A DNA stretch of 64,000 nt, from contig JAHIXK010000014.1 in the NCBI GenBank assembly GCA_018815245.1, forward strand, positions 82,508-146,507, written 5' to 3'. Under the pieces are notes generated by a model that saw only the letters and a program-made list of their open reading frames with translations, did not search any database and had not been told where the DNA came from. Shown here in pieces: positions 23,450 through 33,223 of this stretch. This DNA is from Gammaproteobacteria bacterium (GTDB taxonomy: Bacteria; Pseudomonadota; Gammaproteobacteria; Burkholderiales; Burkholderiaceae_B). Made by a program: the position numbers and the translations under genes. Every line of letters starts with the position of its first letter. The first letter of the stretch is position 1.

Positions 23450-24382
23450 ATGGAAATTAGCTTGGCCCAGCCGCGTGGTTTTTGCGCTGGTGTAGACCGT
23501 GCCATTGAAATTGTGGAACGCGCGCTGCAGCAGTTTGGTTCGCCCATTTATGTAAAGCACGAAATTGTTCACAACAAAACCGTGGTGGAGGACTTGCGGG
23601 GCAAGGGTGCCATTTTCGTGGATGAGCTTGAAGACGTGCCCACGGGTTCCACTGTGGTGTTTTCTGCCCACGGTGTTTCACAAGATGTGCGCACCCAAGC
23701 CGAAAGCCTTGGCCTGAAAGTGTTTGACGCCACTTGCCCGCTGGTGACCAAGGTGCATGTTGAGGTTAGTAAAATGCGCGCGCAGGGTTGCGAAATCATC
23801 ATGATTGGTCATGAGGGCCACCCCGAGGTAGAAGGCACGATGGGGCAAGTGCAAGACGGCATTTATCTGGTGGAAACCGAAGAGGATGTGGCCCGGTTGA
23901 ACATTGCTGCGGGTACGCAACTGGCGTTCGTGACGCAAACCACCTTGAGTGTGGACGATGCATCGCGTGTAATTGCAGCGCTGAAAGCCAAGTTTCCTGA
24001 CATTCGTGAACCGAAAAAAGCGGACATTTGCTATGCCACCCAGAACCGTCAGGATGCGGTGAAATTCATGGCTCGCCAAGTGGATTTGGTGTTGGTGGTG
24101 GGCAGCCCCAGCAGCTCAAATTCCAACCGGTTGCGGGAAGTGGCTGAGAAGCTGGGCGTGCCTGCCAAGCTGATTGAGAATGCAGACAGTCTTGAGAAAA
24201 CCTGGTTCGAGGGGGTGAAGCACATCGGCCTGACAGCGGGTGCATCGGCGCCGGAACATTTGGTTCAAGGCGTGGTGAAGCGTTTGAAAGAGTGGGGTGC
24301 TTTGTCGGTGCGCAACCTGGAAGGTGTGGAAGAAAACATTGCATTTCCAATGCCCAAGGGTTTGGTGCGCGCTGCTGAGTAA
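23450..24382 (+). CDS. ispH: 4-hydroxy-3-methylbut-2-enyl diphosphate reductase
   Basis: [24 protein letters not shown] Fe-S cysteines; SSNSNRL. Confidence 0.97.
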   Translation: MEISLAQPRGFCAGVDRAIEIVERALQQFGSPIYVKHEIVHNKTVVEDLRGKGAIFVDELEDVPTGSTVVFSAHGVSQDVRTQAESLGLKVFDATCPLVTKVHVEVSKMRAQGCEIIMIGHEGHPEVEGTMGQVQDGIYLVETEEDVARLNIAAGTQLAFVTQTTLSVDDASRVIAALKAKFPDIREPKKADICYATQNRQDAVKFMARQVDLVLVVGSPSSSNSNRLREVAEKLGVPAKLIENADSLEKTWFEGVKHIGLTAGASAPEHLVQGVVKRLKEWGALSVRNLEGVEENIAFPMPKGLVRAAE

Positions 24383-24392
24383 ATCGGCTAGC

Positions 24393-24898
24393 CTAATCCG
24401 ATTGTGTTTGCGGTGCAGCGCTGTTCTTGAGCGTTTGCTGAATTTGCCATTGAATCAGGTCTTGAACAAACCAGGGATTAACCCTCGATTTTGGACTAGC
24501 CAAGTAAACTGATTGCAGTGCCAATTTGACACTCGTTTTTTCCTGTCGAAGTAGATAGCCTGCGATCGAAGCGGCAGAACGGCTGATCCCCTGTTCGCAA
24601 TGAACCACCACTTTTCCATCTGTTTTCAAGGTTTTGTCGATAAATTCATACACTGTATCGAGATGGGCGAGAAGCGAGGCTTGGGGGTCGTCAGCGATGG
24701 CCACATGAAGCTGAAATATCCCGGGCTTTAGGTCGGGGCATTCTTCGATACAACTTACGGCATGCGTGAAGAATGAGGGGGATCTGTGCAGTGTCTGGGT
24801 GACTCCTTGAAGTGATCCAATCCAAAGTATGGGGCGAACCTCGTATATGTTGCCAGCAGTGTTTCAACGCCTGGTTGATTGATCGATGTCGGCATCAT
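24393..24898 (-). pseudogene. dual-specificity protein phosphatase (DSP), apparently frameshifted near the 5' end
   Basis: Open frame 24863-24393 reads NIYEVRPILWIGS...LHVAIADD...VHCEQGISRSAAS...VNPWFVQDL with no ATG/GTG/TTG until residue ~54; coupled ATG at 24898 is one base out of frame. Confidence 0.7.
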
Positions 24899-25068
24899 GT
24901 GGTGGCGTGTTCAAGGTTTTTGATGATGGATTCAATGCCCAATTTGATCGCTTCTTGTTGTGGTGCGGTGAGTCGACTAAAAAAGTTAACCTTCAATTGT
25001 TGTGCAAGCGTAGGGCTTTGTAAGGCGCTGGAAAGTACTCGAATTTGCAGGCTTTGAGGTTTGATCAT
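24895..25068 (-). CDS. hypothetical 57-aa protein
   Basis: Hand-translated MIKPQSLQIRVLSSALQSPTLAQQLKVNFFSRLTAPQQEAIKLGIESIIKNLEHATT; its stop overlaps (ATGA) the ATG at 24898. Confidence 0.4.
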   Translation of the reverse strand: MIKPQSLQIRVLSSALQSPTLAQQLKVNFFSRLTAPQQEAIKLGIESIIKNLEHATT

Positions 25069-25357
25069 GCACAAACCCGCCCCACCATGAATTCCCCATT
25101 CCCCATGAACTGTTTCACCTGAATCGCTGAGTTCTTTGTTACTCAGGCTGAATGCTGAGCATTTGAGTGGTATCCCAGATTTCTGTTCCGGTTTGAACCG
25201 GTTTATGGGATGTGTTACTGCCTTCTGTGACAGGAATTGTTAGGTATGGGATGGCTGCGGATAGAGGGAAGCTGACCGGTTGTGGCATCGTCAAGGATTT
25301 AGTTCGAACATGAGCCTTGAGTGAACGCCTGTCGATGAAAATTCGTTTTAGTGTCTT

Positions 25358-26683
25358 TTATTGATGTTTGGCAGTTGTGTGTTGGGTGGATTTTGACGTG
25401 TTAGGGGTGGCCAGTACCTGGTCGACCCGGTTTCTGTCGACGTCCACCACTTCAAATCGCCAGTCGTTCCAGTCGAACTTCTCGGTTTTCTTTGGAATCC
25501 GCCCAAGCGAGGCCAAAACGAAACCACCCACTGTGTGAAAGTTGCCCAGGTCCTCTTGCGGAAGGCCGCGAATACCCAGCTTTGTTTTCATCTCGTCGAT
25601 GGGCAGCAGGCCATCGAGCAACCAGGAACCGTCGTCACGTTTCACAGCCAGTGATTCTTCGGGCGTGTCGATCAGGGGCATCATGTCGCCCACCACGCTG
25701 GAAAGTACGTCATCGATGGTCACGATGCCTTCAGTCATGCCGAATTCGCTGACCACAAACGCAAAGGTATTTTTCTGCTGGCGGAAGGTGCGCAGCAAAT
25801 CGACCAGTGTTAATGAGGCAGGCACAAACAGGGCGTTTTGCAGGGGGATTTCTGCGAAATCAATATCGCCTTCCATCGCGGCTTGCAAAATGTCGTGGCT
25901 TTCTGCCACGCCAATAACCTGCTGCAAACTGCCTTTGCAGATGGGCAGCATGGAATGGGGCGCTTCGCGGAGCAGACGCAGATTGTCTTCGCGTGGTGCG
26001 TGCAAATCAAGGTAGGCAATGTCGCTGACAGGGGTCATGACCGAGGCCAAACGCCGGTCTTCAAGACGCAACACGTTGCTCATCAAGTGGCGTTCTTCTG
26101 GTGCAAGCATGCCGGTTTTGGCACCTTCGTCCAGATACGCTTGAATTTCTTCAATGGTGCTGACCGCGGGTGCGGCTTTGAAAGGAATGAAGCTGAGCAC
26201 CAGGTCGGAGCCTTTTGATAACAAGGCGATGGCCGGGCTGAGAACCCTCAGGAATATCGACATGAAGGGTGCGCAGAAGGCAGCAACCTTTTCCGGGTTT
26301 GCAATGGCCAAACGCTTGGGCACGATTTCGCCAAAAATAATGGAGAAACCCGTGACCAGGGCGATGGTGACAGTGAATGAAATGGCATCGGCCCATTCGG
26401 TAAGTGCTGGCAGGTAAAGATCGATGTAATGCTGAAAAGTGGCGGTAAGCGCTGATTCACCATAAATACCCATCAACAGTGCCGCGGCGGTAATGCCTGT
26501 TTGTGTGGCGGCAAGCAGGCGGCTTGGGTTGTCCATGATTTGCAAGGCAATGCTGGCTTTGGGGTTGCCAGCATCGGCCATGGCTTGCAGCTTGGATCTG
26601 CGGCTGGAGGCCAGTGCCATTTCCGACAGCGCAAAAAAGCCGGAGACTAAAATGAGAAGGAGCAAAATCCAGAAGGCATTCAT
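25358..26683 (-). CDS. HlyC/CorC (hemolysin family) transporter: DUF21 + 2 CBS + CorC domain
   Basis: FFALSEMALASSR, GEIVPKRLA, VVSEFGMTEGIVTIDDVL, FHTVGGF; ATG at 26683. Confidence 0.9.
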   Translation of the reverse strand: MNAFWILLLLILVSGFFALSEMALASSRRSKLQAMADAGNPKASIALQIMDNPSRLLAATQTGITAAALLMGIYGESALTATFQHYIDLYLPALTEWADAISFTVTIALVTGFSIIFGEIVPKRLAIANPEKVAAFCAPFMSIFLRVLSPAIALLSKGSDLVLSFIPFKAAPAVSTIEEIQAYLDEGAKTGMLAPEERHLMSNVLRLEDRRLASVMTPVSDIAYLDLHAPREDNLRLLREAPHSMLPICKGSLQQVIGVAESHDILQAAMEGDIDFAEIPLQNALFVPASLTLVDLLRTFRQQKNTFAFVVSEFGMTEGIVTIDDVLSSVVGDMMPLIDTPEESLAVKRDDGSWLLDGLLPIDEMKTKLGIRGLPQEDLGNFHTVGGFVLASLGRIPKKTEKFDWNDWRFEVVDVDRNRVDQVLATPNTSKSTQHTTAKHQ

Positions 26684-26851
26684 GGTGTGTGTTCTTGTTG
26701 TGTGGGTTGCTGCTGCGTTGTGCGGCGTTTGTGCCAGTTTACCAAAGCCTGCATTGCTTTGGTTTTTCGCCTGATTGGGCAAAACCCGGTGCTCGGTTAC
26801 AATAGAGGGCTAAGTTAATTTGATAGAAAGTACTTTTTAGAAAGAATCGCC

Positions 26852-27847
26852 ATGCCGATGATTGAAGCATCCATTCCACAAACCGATGACATCGTGGTTG
26901 CGGCCTTGTACAAGTTTGTCAGCTTGCCCGATTTCGAGGACATCAAGCCCCAGCTTGAAACGGTGTGCACGCAAAACGGCGTGCTGGGTACCTTGTTGCT
27001 GGCCAAAGAAGGCATCAACGGCACGGTAAGTGCGCCGCGCAAAGGCATTGTGGCGCTGATGAATTTTTTGTGGAGCGATTCACGCTTTGCGGATGTGTCG
27101 CCGAAGTATTCGATTGCGCCTGAGCAGGCTTTCACACGCATGAAGGTGAAGTTAAAGCGTGAAATTGTGACCATGGGTAAAAACGGCATCGACCCAAACC
27201 GCTTGGTGGGCCGCTATGTGAAGCCTTCGGACTGGAATGCGCTGATTCAAGACCCCGATACCTTGGTGATTGATACGCGCAACAATTACGAGTACGCGAT
27301 TGGCACATTCGAAGGTGCCGTTGACCCTGCCACTACCACATTCCGCGAATTTCCGGAATGGGTTGAGAAGAATTTGAAAAGCTTGCCTGCTGACAAGCGT
27401 CCAAAAAAGATTGCGATGTTTTGCACGGGTGGCATTCGCTGCGAAAAATCCACGGCCTATATGCTGGAGCAGGGCTTTGACGAGGTGTATCACCTTGAGG
27501 GTGGCATTCTGAAATACCTGGAAGAAGTGCCTGAAGAACAAAGCCTGTGGAAGGGCGAGTGCTTTGTGTTCGATCAGCGGGTTTCCGTAACCCACGGTTT
27601 GCAGGTGGGGCATTACGACCTTTGCCACGCATGCCGCATGCCGATTACCGATGAAGAAAAGCAAAGCGAGAAATACATTCAAGGCGTGGGGTGCCCGCAT
27701 TGCTATGACTCTTTGACTGAAGACCAGAAGGCACGCTTTGGTGAACGCCAAAAGCAGATTCAATTGGCCAAAATGCGCAATGAAAAGCACATTGGTCGCA
27801 AGATGTTGCCCAAAGAAGTGCCGCCCAAAGAAACGCATTTGGAGTAA
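26852..27847 (+). CDS. trhO: rhodanese-domain tRNA uridine(34) hydroxylase TrhO (UPF0176)
   Basis: [42 protein letters not shown]. Confidence 0.88.
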   Translation: MPMIEASIPQTDDIVVAALYKFVSLPDFEDIKPQLETVCTQNGVLGTLLLAKEGINGTVSAPRKGIVALMNFLWSDSRFADVSPKYSIAPEQAFTRMKVKLKREIVTMGKNGIDPNRLVGRYVKPSDWNALIQDPDTLVIDTRNNYEYAIGTFEGAVDPATTTFREFPEWVEKNLKSLPADKRPKKIAMFCTGGIRCEKSTAYMLEQGFDEVYHLEGGILKYLEEVPEEQSLWKGECFVFDQRVSVTHGLQVGHYDLCHACRMPITDEEKQSEKYIQGVGCPHCYDSLTEDQKARFGERQKQIQLAKMRNEKHIGRKMLPKEVPPKETHLE

Positions 27848-27852
27848 CTAGG

Positions 27853-28590
27853 GTGAAGCAGCCCAATGCACTTGATTGTGCGCACCAACTCGGCCTTCCG
27901 GTGTTGTACACCTTTCGCCGCTGTCCCTACGCCATGCGAGCACGCCTGGCGATCGTTGCTTCGGGTGTAAAGGTTGAAGTGCGCGAACTGGTGCTGCGGG
28001 CCAAGCCTGCGCACATGCTTGAAATTTCTCCGAAGGGGACTGTGCCTGTGTTGTGGTTACCCGACGGCACCGTGATTGATGAAAGCCTGGATGTGATGCA
28101 CTGGGCGGTGGGTCAGAATTTCCCGGCCGACTGGTTGGTGCTGAACGCTGAGCAGCAGCAACAGTGCGATCATTGGATTGCGCTGCTGGACGGTGAGTTC
28201 AAGCGCAATTTGGATCGTTACAAATACCCCCATCGATACCATGTAAAAACAGAGGCTGAGACCTACACCTGCGACCCGCTTGAACACCGCGCAGCGTGTG
28301 AAAAAATTTTGGCGCAATGGAATGCGGTGCTTGAGCAACAGGCGCAACAACAGGGACAACAACAGGGCTCTTGCCTGTTTGGCAGCCAACCCAGCTTCGC
28401 AGACTACGCCATTCTTCCTTTTGTTCGCCAGTTTCGAATTGCCGATCAGGCATGGTTTGATACCGCACCCGGTTACGATGCGCTGAAAAACTGGCTAGGT
28501 ATATTTTTAGATTCGAGCCTGCTGGAACAAGCCATGGTGAAGTACAGCCCTTGGCAGCCAGGCGACATGCCTTTAACCTTTCCGGGTTAG
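27853..28590 (+). CDS. glutathione S-transferase family protein
   Basis: LYTFRRCPYAMRARLA, SPKGTVPVL, ESLDVM. Confidence 0.85.
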   Translation: MKQPNALDCAHQLGLPVLYTFRRCPYAMRARLAIVASGVKVEVRELVLRAKPAHMLEISPKGTVPVLWLPDGTVIDESLDVMHWAVGQNFPADWLVLNAEQQQQCDHWIALLDGEFKRNLDRYKYPHRYHVKTEAETYTCDPLEHRAACEKILAQWNAVLEQQAQQQGQQQGSCLFGSQPSFADYAILPFVRQFRIADQAWFDTAPGYDALKNWLGIFLDSSLLEQAMVKYSPWQPGDMPLTFPG

Positions 28591-28636
28591 AGAAAGCACT
28601 CTACGATTTTCGGCCGAAGTTTCTATACACTCACAA

Positions 28637-28652
28637 GTTACGCAACAGTAAC
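28637..28652. promoter_or_regulatory. palindromic candidate TetR operator upstream of the fabG-thiolase-MaoC operon
   Basis: GTTAC-GCAACA-GTAAC; a related 16-mer TTTACTTGCCAGTTAC abuts the downstream TetR start codon. Confidence 0.5.
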
Positions 28653-28717
28653 ATTGTCTTGCTGGGCTATGCTAAGCCCTGAAAAAAGACATTCCCCCCA
28701 TAAGAAGGACGAGACAC

Positions 28718-30145
28718 ATGGCCGACAAGATTCTTGAATTTGTTCACACCTCCACAGGTAAACAAATTGCCGCCGCACTGGGCCTGCCCGTGCCCCCCAT
28801 GCTCAAGCGCGCGAAAACGGGCTACGCTGAAAAAGCACTGGCCAACGCCAACGCCTTGGTGGGTGCCAGCGCATTTGGCCCTGTGGCCACTGCGGTGGTG
28901 ATGGGTCTGAATGCCATGGGAGCATCGATTAAGGTGTCTGCTGATTTGGCGGGTCTGGATGGCATCAAGCAGGCCGCAATCAAGGCCAAGCTGGAAGTAA
29001 GTATTTCTCAATCCGACAATGGCGTGCCTGAAAACGTGTATGTATTGGATGTAACCGCCGCCGCGAATGTGGCTGACCTGCGTTTGTTGTACGATTTCTT
29101 CAACCCACGCTTGCGCAAAGTACCTTCGAACAGCCGCATCGTTGTGATTGGTCGCCCGCGCGGTGATTGTAAAGATGCCCTGGCTGAAACCGTACAATCT
29201 TCATTGCCCGGCTTCATTCGCAGCCTTGCCAAAGAAAGTGGCAAGAACGGCACAACCGCCAATTTGATTCAGGTAAAAACCGGTGCTGAAAACGGCATTG
29301 AAGGTGCGTTGCGCTTTTTCCTGAGCCCGCATTCAGCATTTGTAACTGGTCAGGTATTGCCAGTGGTTGGCGCACCCAAGGGCGTGAAAGTTGCCGCATT
29401 CTCTGAAAAGCCATTGACAGGCAAGCTGGCCGTTGTAACCGGTGCTGCACGCGGCATTGGCGCAGCCATTGCTGAAGTGCTGGCCCGCGAAGGTGCAACC
29501 GTGATTGGTGTGGATCGCCCGGCTGATGAAAGCGTGTTGGGTACCACCATGAGCAGCCTTGGTGGCATTGCCTGCCCGTTGGACATTACCGATGCTGATG
29601 CTGGCAAGAAGCTGGCCGCTGTAGCCGCAGACAAGGGCGGAAAAATTGACATTATTGTGCACAACGCAGGCATTACCCGCGACAAGATGATGCGCAACAT
29701 GGCTGCCCACCTGTGGGACATGGTGCTGGACGTGAACCTGGGCGCGATTGTTCGCTGTAACGACCAATTGCTGGCTGGTGATGCGTTTGGCGCGAATGCG
29801 CGCATTGTGTGTATTTCATCGATTGGCGGCATTGCCGGCAACGCTGGTCAAACCAACTACGCCGCTACAAAGAGCGCAGTGATTGGTTATGTGGATGCCA
29901 TGGCCAGGCAACTGGAAGGCAAGGGCATTTCCATTAACGCGATTGCACCGGGCTTTATCGAAACACAAATGACTGCGGCCATTCCAGTGGTAACCCGTGA
30001 AGTGGCCCGTCGTTTGTCCAGCCTGTCGCAAGGCGGCTTGCCAGTGGACATTGCTGAGGCAGTGACCTTCATGGCCAGCCCATTGGCTGCTGGTGTAAAC
30101 GGTGCCACCTTGCGTGTGTGCGGACAAAACCTGGTGGGCGCCTAA
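28718..30145 (+). CDS. high-molecular-weight 3-oxoacyl-ACP/CoA reductase (FabG4-like SDR)
   Basis: Degenerate N-terminal domain plus TGAARGIG, HNAGITRD, NYAATK, APGFIET. Confidence 0.88.
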   Translation: MADKILEFVHTSTGKQIAAALGLPVPPMLKRAKTGYAEKALANANALVGASAFGPVATAVVMGLNAMGASIKVSADLAGLDGIKQAAIKAKLEVSISQSDNGVPENVYVLDVTAAANVADLRLLYDFFNPRLRKVPSNSRIVVIGRPRGDCKDALAETVQSSLPGFIRSLAKESGKNGTTANLIQVKTGAENGIEGALRFFLSPHSAFVTGQVLPVVGAPKGVKVAAFSEKPLTGKLAVVTGAARGIGAAIAEVLAREGATVIGVDRPADESVLGTTMSSLGGIACPLDITDADAGKKLAAVAADKGGKIDIIVHNAGITRDKMMRNMAAHLWDMVLDVNLGAIVRCNDQLLAGDAFGANARIVCISSIGGIAGNAGQTNYAATKSAVIGYVDAMARQLEGKGISINAIAPGFIETQMTAAIPVVTREVARRLSSLSQGGLPVDIAEAVTFMASPLAAGVNGATLRVCGQNLVGA

Positions 30146-30199
30146 CTTATTCAATAAGCAAATACGCTGCCTGCAACTAAAAATTATTTGGAGAACATT

Positions 30200-31480
30200 A
30201 TGAAACACGGTCGTCGCGTTGCCATTATTGGCGGTTCACGCATTCCATTTGCACGTTCAAACACAGCCTACATTGGCAAATCCAACCAGGACATGCTGAC
30301 TGCAGCGTTCCGCGGTGTGGTCGACAAGTTCCAGTTGCACGGCGAAGAACTGGGCGACGTGGTTGCTGGTGCGGTGGTTAAGCACAGCCGCGATTTTTCC
30401 CTGTGCCGTGAATCTGTACTGGGCTCGGGCCTAAGCCCAATGACCCCCGCATTCGATATTCAACAGGCTTGCGGTACTGGCCTGGAAGCGGCCATTGTTG
30501 TGGCCAACAAAATTGCCTTGGGTCAAATTGAAGCGGGCATGGCTGGTGGTGTAGACACCACCACCGATGCACCCATCGCTGTAAGCGAAGGCCTGCGCAA
30601 AATTTTGCTGGAAGCCAACCGTGCCCGCGACACCAAAGGCAAGCTGGCAGCCCTGTTGAAAATTCGCCCCAAGCACCTGGCACCACTGCCACCCGCCAAC
30701 GCAGAACCACGCACAAAAATGAGCATGGGCGCACACTGTGAAGTGATGGCACAAACTTGGGGTATTAAGCGCGAAGATCAAGACGAACTGGCAGTAAGCA
30801 GCCACCTGAAAGCTGCGAAAGCGTACGAAGAAGGCTTCTTTGATGACCTGGTGGTGCCTTTCAATGGTTTGACTCGCGACAACAACCTGCGTGCTGATTC
30901 TTCAGTAGAACGTTTGCAAGGTTTGCAGCCTGCATTTGATCGCAAAAGCGGCAAGGGCACCATGACTGCGGGTAACTCCACACCGTTGACCGACGGCGCT
31001 TCTGCCGTGTTACTGGCTTCTGAAGACTGGGCCAAGGCACGTGGCATTGAACCATTGGCTTACCTCACTTTCAGCGAGACCATTGGTGTTGATTTCGTTT
31101 CTGGCAAGGAAGGCCTGTTGATGGCACCTGCTTATGCCGTGCCACGCATGTTGAAAAAAGCCGGTGTAAAGCTGCAAGACTTCGATTTCTATGAAATTCA
31201 CGAGGCGTTTGCCGCACAGGTATTGTGTACATTGAAGTCTTGGGAAGACCCCAAGTTCTGCAAGGAAAAGCTGGGTCTTGATTCTGCGCTGGGTTCAATT
31301 GACCGCAGCAAACTGAACGTGAAAGGCGGCTCGCTGGCGGTTGGCCACCCATTTGCTGCCACTGGCGGCCGTATTATTGCCACACTGGCCAAGCTGCTGA
31401 ATGAAAAAGGCAGCGGCAAGGGTTTGATCTCTATTTGTGCAGCCGGTGGTATCGGTGTAACCGCAATTATCGAGAAGTGA
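30200..31480 (+). CDS. acetyl-CoA C-acyltransferase (FadA2-like thiolase)
   Basis: QACGTG catalytic Cys, HEAF, GHPFAATG, CAAGG motifs. Confidence 0.92.
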   Translation: MKHGRRVAIIGGSRIPFARSNTAYIGKSNQDMLTAAFRGVVDKFQLHGEELGDVVAGAVVKHSRDFSLCRESVLGSGLSPMTPAFDIQQACGTGLEAAIVVANKIALGQIEAGMAGGVDTTTDAPIAVSEGLRKILLEANRARDTKGKLAALLKIRPKHLAPLPPANAEPRTKMSMGAHCEVMAQTWGIKREDQDELAVSSHLKAAKAYEEGFFDDLVVPFNGLTRDNNLRADSSVERLQGLQPAFDRKSGKGTMTAGNSTPLTDGASAVLLASEDWAKARGIEPLAYLTFSETIGVDFVSGKEGLLMAPAYAVPRMLKKAGVKLQDFDFYEIHEAFAAQVLCTLKSWEDPKFCKEKLGLDSALGSIDRSKLNVKGGSLAVGHPFAATGGRIIATLAKLLNEKGSGKGLISICAAGGIGVTAIIEK

Positions 31481-31484
31481 AATC

Positions 31485-32387
31485 ATGAGCGTGAATGACA
31501 CCCTGAAAGCGGCGGCGAAATTTTACGAGCTGTCGGAGTTTCCAAATGGCAAGGCGCTGCTGCTGAAGGCTGCCACCACGTCGAATAAAAAACCAAAACC
31601 CGACACGCAGGCCGCGCGCCTGGGTGCCCGGGTGAAGAAAGTGTTCATCGACCGTGAGTGGGTGCGGCAGTACAACGCTGTGTGTGGCTTCAAGGAGGAT
31701 GAAATTTCTTTGACGGCTCCCCAGGTGGTGGCTTCGCCCCTGCACATGTACTTGTTAAGTCGTCCCGAGCACCCCATGCCGATGTTGGGTATGGTTCATC
31801 TGCACAATTCGATTGAATGCATCAAGCCGCTGGAATATGGCACAGCCTACGACGTGTTGGTGACAGTGGGCGAAACCCGCAGTATTTCGCTGGGTTTGGA
31901 GTTTGATGTGCACACCGAGTTTTTGGTGGGCGAGGAAGTTTATTGGAGCAGTGTGATGACCATTCTTTGCCGCGTGAAGGGAATGCCTAAGTTGGCCAAT
32001 AAGCCTTTGACGAAACCCGCACCTGTTGAGCCTTTGAGTGCATTGAGTGCGCAATATGTTGCTGTGAAAGTGCCTGAAAATCAGGGCCGCAAATACGCCA
32101 AGGTTTCAAACGATTACAACCCGATTCACCTGTATGCGCAAACCGCAAAAATGTTCGGTTTCAAGCAAGCGATTGTGCATGGCATGTGGACTGCAGCAAA
32201 AACCCTGAGTATTGTTGAAGCCAGTTTGGGTGCACCTGCACGCAAGTTTGATTTGTCGTTCAAGCAGCCGGTGTTTTTGCCCTCGGGTATTTCGGTGAAG
32301 CATATAACAGCCGTTGGTACTTCGAAGTTTGAAGTACTGGCTGAGCGGGATTCGAAAGTGTTGATGGTGGGAAGTATTGCGGCTTGA
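31485..32387 (+). CDS. MaoC-like double hot-dog (R)-specific enoyl-CoA hydratase/dehydratase
   Basis: YAKVSNDYNPIH...AIVHGMW hydratase motif. Confidence 0.85.
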   Translation: MSVNDTLKAAAKFYELSEFPNGKALLLKAATTSNKKPKPDTQAARLGARVKKVFIDREWVRQYNAVCGFKEDEISLTAPQVVASPLHMYLLSRPEHPMPMLGMVHLHNSIECIKPLEYGTAYDVLVTVGETRSISLGLEFDVHTEFLVGEEVYWSSVMTILCRVKGMPKLANKPLTKPAPVEPLSALSAQYVAVKVPENQGRKYAKVSNDYNPIHLYAQTAKMFGFKQAIVHGMWTAAKTLSIVEASLGAPARKFDLSFKQPVFLPSGISVKHITAVGTSKFEVLAERDSKVLMVGSIAA

Positions 32388-32432
32388 GATGATGCAACGC
32401 TGCTGCAATCCGCCACGGGTGCATCAACCCGG

Positions 32433-32477
32433 CCGGTTCAAGGCATGCGACTTCGCAGATGCCTGTAAACAAACCGG
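32433..32477. repeat. imperfect hairpin containing a 19-mer shared with 21526-21544
   Basis: CCGGTT/AACCGG and AGGCAT/ATGCCT stems around GCGACTTCGC. Confidence 0.35.
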
Positions 32478-32499
32478 GCATTTGACTTAGCAACAGCTG

Positions 32500-33162
32500 C
32501 TATCGCTTGGAAAGCCCTGGCATCAAACTGGTTTCGATCAGCCTTTGCATGTCGCGAATCGGAATATCCGGGTGCTGGATCCACCACCGTGCGCCCGCTT
32601 CAACAGCACCCACCATGATGTTGGCCAAGGCAACGGCCTGAATTCCAGCTTTGTCGCCATTTTTGGCTTTTGATGGATCGTTCAGTTCTTCAATGGTTTT
32701 GGCGGAGGCTTCAATGAAACTGTTTCTGAAAAATGCCACCTTTTCTCCAACCGGGCCAACACTTGTCAGCGCCTCGTTGTACAACACGGACCAGCCTTCG
32801 CGGTGACGCTCAACAAAGGTCAAAAAGCTGTGCATGATCATTTTCAGGCGTTCTTCGGGGTCCGGGTTTTCCATCAACAGGCTTAGACCGGACATTAGGT
32901 GATTGCCTACCTGCGTAATGGTGGCCAGGTAAAGCGCGTCTTTTGAGCCGAAATAACGGTATAGCAGTGGTTTGGTTACGCCTGCACCTTCGGCAATCTG
33001 CTCCATGCTGGTGGAGTGGAAACCGTGACGCGAAAAGACGGAGCCTGCGACCTCAAGGATCTGGATCATTCTTTGTTCTTTGGGCACCTTGCGGGTACCC
33101 AGTCTTTTTGTCTCCGAACCCTGCGCTGTGGCTTTGTTTTTGTTGTTTGTTTTTTTCACCAA
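32500..33162 (-). CDS. TetR/AcrR family transcriptional regulator
   Basis: ILEVAGSVFSRHGFHSTSMEQIAEGAGVTKPLLYRYFGSK HTH. Confidence 0.92.
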   Translation of the reverse strand: MVKKTNNKNKATAQGSETKRLGTRKVPKEQRMIQILEVAGSVFSRHGFHSTSMEQIAEGAGVTKPLLYRYFGSKDALYLATITQVGNHLMSGLSLLMENPDPEERLKMIMHSFLTFVERHREGWSVLYNEALTSVGPVGEKVAFFRNSFIEASAKTIEELNDPSKAKNGDKAGIQAVALANIMVGAVEAGARWWIQHPDIPIRDMQRLIETSLMPGLSKR

Positions 33163-33178
33163 TTTACTTGCCAGTTAC
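33163..33178. promoter_or_regulatory. candidate autoregulatory TetR operator
   Basis: TTTACTTGCCAGTTAC, two mismatches to GTTACT-N4-AGTAAC, directly adjacent to the TTG start. Confidence 0.4.
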
Positions 33179-33223
33179 ATAGATATTTTGGAGTGTAACA
33201 AGCTTCTTTCATGTTTGTGAACA

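Noticed and set aside
22159-24382. fkpB-ispH separated from ribF-ileS-lspA
   Set aside because: Differs from the E. coli operon but is an ordinary arrangement in Burkholderiales.
24393-25068. Single fused effector-like protein made of the 57-aa ORF plus the phosphatase
   Set aside because: Would need two independent lesions (stops at 24897-95 and 24866-64 in different frames); a two-gene model with one frameshift is simpler.
25069-25357. Possible riboswitch or sRNA in the 290-bp gap (small stems CTGAG/CTCAG, CCGG/CCGG, CAAGG/CCTTG; CCCCAT repeat)
   Set aside because: Stems are only 4-5 bp and match no RNA family I recognise; would need an Rfam or covariance search.
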